From Squalus acanthias (lineage: Eukaryota): a stretch of 64,000 nt of DNA. Every line of letters begins with the position of its first letter. The first letter of the stretch is position 1. The stretch lies in contig CM059450.1 of assembly GCA_030390025.1 (NCBI GenBank), positions 930,001-994,000 of the forward strand. Reading direction: 5' to 3'. The notes below the pieces were generated by a model. It had not been told where the DNA came from, did no database searches, and worked only from the letters and a program-made list of their open reading frames with translations. Shown here in pieces: positions 58,201 to 64,000 of the stretch. The position numbers were made by a program, and so were the translations under genes.

Positions 58201-61200
58201 AACATATTGGAAAGCACAAATAAATTCTCTAGAAAAATCAGAAGTTTGAGCATCTCAAATATCATACAGTTTACAGAAGAAACCATAGATAATCCCAATC
58301 ATATAAAATATTGGTTGGTTCATTCATGTTTTGGAATGGCAAAAGCCTTGCAAATGGCTTGCAGTAAAACAACAAATGCTTTTTTTGCCCCTCCTCTTGG
58401 AAGTGTGGCCATACCACTCAAAAAGAAGAAAGAAACTGGACATTGGATGCCAAACACTGAAGCCCATGTGGGACAAGTGTTTTGTTTTCTGCCTCTTTCT
58501 CTTCAATGTGGTCTTCCCATTCATATTAATGCATCTTTTGCAGTCACCTCAAATAGGAAGAATATTTGGAGTTCTGGGCCGAAGGGAGATTGGAATCAAG
58601 CCCTTTTGGAAGATGCAGTTTCTGCAGCTTACATCACATCTATTTCACTCATGCAGCAAATGTCGCAGAAGGGAGAATTTGAAAATTATGACTACTACAC
58701 GTTTTGGCCTAATGTGAAAAATGTAGACAATCAGTTTAGTGTTATTGTGGAAAATTTCTACAGAGCAGTTGCACATGGAATCAATGGTGCTACAGTCAAA
58801 GCATTCAGCGATGGAAAAGACTGGTGCCCAATAAACCAGGCTCGTTTTTTGGATTCATCAATTCTTAAAAACAAAATAGTAGGAGAGGCTGCTGCTACTG
58901 AATTTTCCAAATACCTTTCAAAGCCCTTTATTTCAGTTCACTTACCAGAGTGGGTTAAGCAAGGCTTTATTGCCAGTGGATGTGGGCATTTCATTGAGCT
59001 AAACACATATAATTGGGAATTGTTTTACAAGGAAATTGTATTTCAGAACTTAAATGTTATAAATCCCAAGACTAGGAATGATTTTATTATTTATGCAATT
59101 GATATGAGGGATTCATCTATTGATGAAATGTTGAGCATGGAACCATGCATTCCAGCTAGTGGGAAGGAAGATCTCCAGTATATCAAAAATCTTGTACATC
59201 CAGAAGGCAAGATAGCTTGTCTTTATGATGAAGAAGATGGGCGGTTCCTCGTAGGAACTTCTGAGGATTTTCTTCATCCTGAGAGATTGTTAAGGATAGA
59301 GATGCTGGGGATGGTAAAAGACAGAATTGCTTTCCCTGAGTTAATTGAAAGAGCAGAGACAATTAAACAAGTATGGGGCCTTGATAGGAACAAAGCATAT
59401 CAAAGAGTTCGTCATATCTTGGATTTGCTCAAAGACATAAATCAACTTAATAATGATGACCTGCAAAACTTACAGAATATCCCATTCCTTCCTGCTTTTC
59501 TCCCACATAGTCAGGATAAAAATGGTCCTGTAGATACTGTGATTTTGATGAAAGCAAAAGATTTGTACAGTTGCAAATGCCAAGCACTAGTGAATATGAC
59601 AGAAATGGTTTTAGACAAAGAACTGTTGAAAGGGACCAAGCTGTCTACAGAAGCAATTTTCTTTCTAGGTTTGAACAGGCAACCACCCATTGAGACAGTG
59701 TTGGAACAACTGAAACACACATATACGTGTAATAATCTAGCAACCAGTGATCTGAAAAGAATAACTAAAGAATGTTACATCTACTTGACTAAACAGTTAA
59801 AGGGAGATCCAGAATCAAAAAAGGAAATCTACAATGCTGCTCAAGAATTCCCCTTTATTTTAGTTCATGGACAGTTTGTGCCTGTCAAACTGGTTGCTCG
59901 TAAGGTTTCATTTGATACTGCTCCATACCTTTATGAACTTCCCAAAGAATATGTAGAATGTGAGGAACTGTGGAAGTGCCTCGAGATTAAGGAACATTTT
60001 AGACTGCAAGATTATGTCTCTGTCCTCAAAAGAATGTCAGAAATGTACCATGGATCAAGGCTCTCCGATAGCGATCTTGCTGTGTGTCTTAGAATTGTGA
60101 CCACTGGATTCACTGAGGCATCAGAACAGGAAGACATCTTGCAGAGTGTTCTCCTGCCCGATCAGAACTGTGTCCTTCACTCTGCTCAAACATTACACTA
60201 CAATGACACACCATGGCTTGTTGTAGGAGATGATGTAAATCTCTGCCATAATCAGATAGCTAGAGAAACAGCTGTCCGCTTCCATGTTCAAACAACAAAA
60301 CACAGGGCTATGAAAAATCTACAGGTCAAAGATTTGTCTATATGGGCACAGGAATTTGGCCAGCAGGAAAAACTGACAGTACGTTTAAAAAATATCATCA
60401 AAGCTTATCCATCCAAGAAAGATATACTAAAGGAGTTGATTCAGAATGCTGATGATGCTGAAGCCTCAGAAATCCATTTCATTTGGGATCCCAGAAAGCA
60501 TGGCAACACAAAGACCTTTGGTGAGGAATGGAATACACTTCAAGGACCTGCACTATGTGTTTACAATAACAAGAAATTCACAGACAAAGACATTGAAGGT
60601 ATACAACAACTTGGAGAAGGAGGCAAGCGCAACAGTCCAGAGAAAACTGGAAAATACGGACTTGGTTTTAATTCAGTGTATCACCTGACAGACTGTCCCT
60701 CTTTTATGTCAGGTGACAGTATGTTGTGTATCTTTGACCCTCATTTGGCTGTGCTTGCCACAGCAAAGCCACATTCCCCAGGTGGTATGTTTACAGTCAA
60801 CCAGAAGTTTAAAAACACATTTGAGGATGTTTATACTACCTTTCTCCCATCCTTCTTCAATCTTGAACTGGGTACCATGTTCCGGTTGCCATTGAGAACA
60901 GTAGAAATGGCAGAAAAATCAGATATCTCAAAGCAGGCAGTCACAAAGGATGTAATTCTAGAATTGCTAGAGGTATTGAAAGAAGATTCTGATAGTCTCC
61001 TTTTGTTTTTGAACAATATTAAGAAAATTAGTTTTCATAAAATGGACAAAAAAATAAGCGAACTGCAGGAAATATTTACTGCAGAAGTTGAAATGTCTCA
61101 GGAAAGCACCTGGGAACAGGAACATCTGAAGCATTATATCCAAAAGTGTTCAAGTTCCACAACTGTAGTCTCCAAAATGGAATCCTATCAAGTGATATAT

Positions 61201-64000
61201 GAAATGGAGATTCGATCTTCTATCAAACAAACAACCAAATGGATTTTGGCAAATAAGGTGGGTGTTGCTGATGCAGAAGTAACTGAGTCAGTGCAGAACT
61301 TTTGTTCCAACTTGGGTCAAACACTTCTGCCCCGGAGTTCTGTTGCTGCTTGTATTAACTGCAACAGTTTTCAAGGTAAAGCCTTTTGCTTCTTGCCTTT
61401 ACCCATAGAAACTGGTCTCCCTGTCCACATCAATGGAAACTTTGCTGTTGACTTTGCCAGGCGAGACCTTTGGAAACAGGATGGACAAAGTGGAAAGATG
61501 AAATGGAACAACTTTTTAAAATTACACCTGATTGCACCTTTATATGCAGATTTACTTGATTACATTCGGATAAGTTTATCTGGCAGCAGAGCAGGTCCTC
61601 TCAAATATAACAGTATGGAATTATGCAGAAACAGTGTTGAACCCTGTTACCTATGGTTCTTCCCTCATGTTTCTGAAGAAGTTCCTCAGGAATGGCAGTT
61701 AATGATAAATCATGTTTACAGATGCATATATCAGAGGAGTCTTTGTCTGATCCCTATAGTCAGACATGATAGTAATCAATTTCATAATGAGAAGAAGATC
61801 ATTAATATTACTTGGTCCAGTTTGACTAAAGAAAAGAGAGATGAAGTTCCTCACTTTGTAACCGTTCACATAACGGGAAAACTGATTGAAATTTTAGAAG
61901 ACATTGGTATGAACTTAGCCCTACAGTCTGACTATATGACCAAAGTTTTGAAAGGTTTAGAAAGAGCTTGTATGGATGTCTTTATTTTAAATCCAGGCAC
62001 AGTCAGAAAGTTTCTTCAGATCCATCCACTGAACAACCCAGATGTAACAAAGAGTAACTATCCTTTACTCCTCAGTGACTCCCTGATTAAAGATGGCACC
62101 AGATGCATGGCTCTTTTGGACTACTGTGTCTCTGATATCAAGGAAGGAAATTATAGTGCTATAAATCATTTACCTCTATTGGTCACACAAGATAACATGT
62201 TGGGAAAATTTAAACGTGTCTCTCCCAAATATATTTCCAAATTTCATGATTTATTTCCGGAATCCCAGGAGTGCTTTGCAAACTATGATGTCAACAAGAA
62301 ATATAAAGATCTCTTAATGGCAGCTGGCTTTTTAGAAGACTTCACAGTTTCGAGGGCTGAGCAATTCATCCGAATCAAACTTGGGTATAGATTTCAGATT
62401 AACTCCACTGACCCACACCTATGGCTGAACTGGACTGAAAATGAGCAGTTCATAGAATGGCTGAAGAAATTGTGGAAGTATTTTGAGAGCCAGATGAGAT
62501 GCGATGATGATAAGGAGAACACATTTGATAAGCTCAAGTTATTATTCTCAGACCTTGCAATTTTACCTGTATTATGTCCCAGTTATAATGACCGGCGCCT
62601 GCTTGCACCTCTGGGATCATTAAATAGTGTTATCTGTGAAATGACCCAAACTAGTGTAGCACAAATTCTGTTAAAGCTTGGGTTTGCTAAAATTGCTGCA
62701 GATTTTTCCTTGAAGGTAATGTTTAATTGCATTAGACCTCATTCACTGAAGACTGATGACAAAACCTCCATTCTACAACATCTGCGTCTGACAAAATTAA
62801 ACTGGAATAATTTAAGTGAGTGGGAAATTGAAACCATTTTGAGGTTTCTTCATTCTGGAATGGAAACAAGTGATGATAAACATAAGTATCAGGAACAGCT
62901 GAAAACTCTCCCACTTTTTGAAACAATGGAGGAGAGTTTTGAAAGTATTGAAATGTACAATGTGATTTACATTCTAACTACTCAATTCAGCGACACATTT
63001 CCAAATTTGTATAAATTGGACAGCTCATGTACGTTTTTGAAAAAAACAAGGATAAACACCGAGGTGTCAGAAGATTTGGGGATTCAAGTTATTGATGATC
63101 TGCAGTTCTTTATGGATTATATCCTTCCTAACATTGAACAAATATTTAATGATCAAAAACTGGATGTCATGCGCCTGTTGTATAATATAATCTGTTGTTA
63201 TGGCATAACCTATGAGGTGAAGAAAGAACAAATTGTGTCTAGTCTCAAAAATGTAAAACTGATTGAAGCTAAGAATGGGATATTTCAAAAGGTTTCTTAT
63301 TTCTATGAAAACAGTGAACGCTTATTTAAAATTATGATTCCTACAGAAAAGTTTGTTCCTGAGAATTTTTTTAAAGATATGGGTTGCCACCTTGATGATT
63401 CCAATTTGAACAAATTACTAAAGAATCTGGGAATGAAATGCTCTGTATCTTCAGATGATTTTATTGCTTTTGCAGCGCAAGTTTCAGAAGAAGTGAAACA
63501 GCATACTCCTTTGAAAGAACTAATTGAAAAAAGTGATGCTTTAGTCACATACTTGTGTAATGTAGATGAGGAAAACCTTCAGAAGAGTTTTTATGAAAAT
63601 GTGGCAAATATTAAATTTGTTTATCCACACAAAGTTCGGGAGAGTTTACGTAACTTGCATTCTCCTTATGCAGAAGGGAGGAATTTTGTTGCTTTGAAGG
63701 ATTCATTGGTGAAACAACGGGATGAAGACGAAGAACTGGTTTGGACCTCCATGCCTATCCTACCATCTAAATGCAGCCAGTCAAGAAATAATGTAAGGAG
63801 ATTTAAAGCTGCCGGTGCTGTTTATATTCCTCCAGAAACTGTAGTCATAGCAAACCTTAAGAACATTTGCTTAGCTGCCTGCAAAAATCACAGTGCCTTA
63901 AAAACCAGATCAAAAGTTCTTCAGACAGCTTACGGTTTTCTTCAAAACCATTCATTTGATGCCCAGTCCCTGACAGATCTTCCAATTGTTCTTGTAGAAG
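55208..64000 (+). CDS. Sacsin-like gene giant exon (>8.7 kb, open to window end), containing sacsin repeats 2 and 3
   Basis: ttttttccag|(Q)IFANVICLDVDVVRQHIRKALP. Repeat 2 at ~57340 EQYGQAEPLVLRIKNILKEY..FKEMLQNAEDA..GKFGLGFNSVYHIT. Repeat 3 at ~60350 EFGQQEKLTVRLKNIIKAYP..LKELIQNADDA..GKYGLGFNSVYHLT. The ORF track has no terminated ORF in this frame, consistent with no stop codon. Confidence 0.96.

Noticed and set aside
26352-64000. Assigning the symbol SACS
   Set aside because: Family membership is clear, but orthology is not: no UBL exon is seen, divergence looks high, and synteny is not visible in this window.

Overview
Eukaryotic (vertebrate) genomic DNA, most likely a cartilaginous fish (shark). 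This is inferred from the repeat complement: dense esterase-ORF1 CR1 LINEs, L2 fragments and a tRNA-headed Deu-domain SINE resembling SacSINE1. The only host gene I can support is a + strand multi-exon sacsin-like gene. Its exons are 26352-26441, 29221-29308, 29538-29649, 33688-33834, 34255-35728, 51023-51111, plus a giant exon from 55208 that stays open past the window end and is missed by the ORF track. It keeps three HATPase-containing sacsin repeats but shows no N-terminal ubiquitin-like domain, so it looks like a divergent SACS paralog. The rest is largely nested transposons. A near full-length two-gene Harbinger (spliced Myb/SANT-like gene plus convergent DDE transposase) has a set of non-autonomous relatives and MITEs that share TIRs and subterminal hairpins. 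Three long CR1 copies appear to shuffle 5'/ORF1 and ORF2 modules, and one carries ~95-bp tandem 5' monomers. There are also an RTE LINE, a Penelope-like RT, L2/SINE fragments and a hAT-like MITE. A 500-N gap lies in a purine-rich repeat next to a GC-box promoter candidate. I see no clearly new biological system; the best leads are the UBL-less sacsin paralog, the Harbinger family and the CR1 module swapping. All calls come from reading the sequence by eye, with no database searches.
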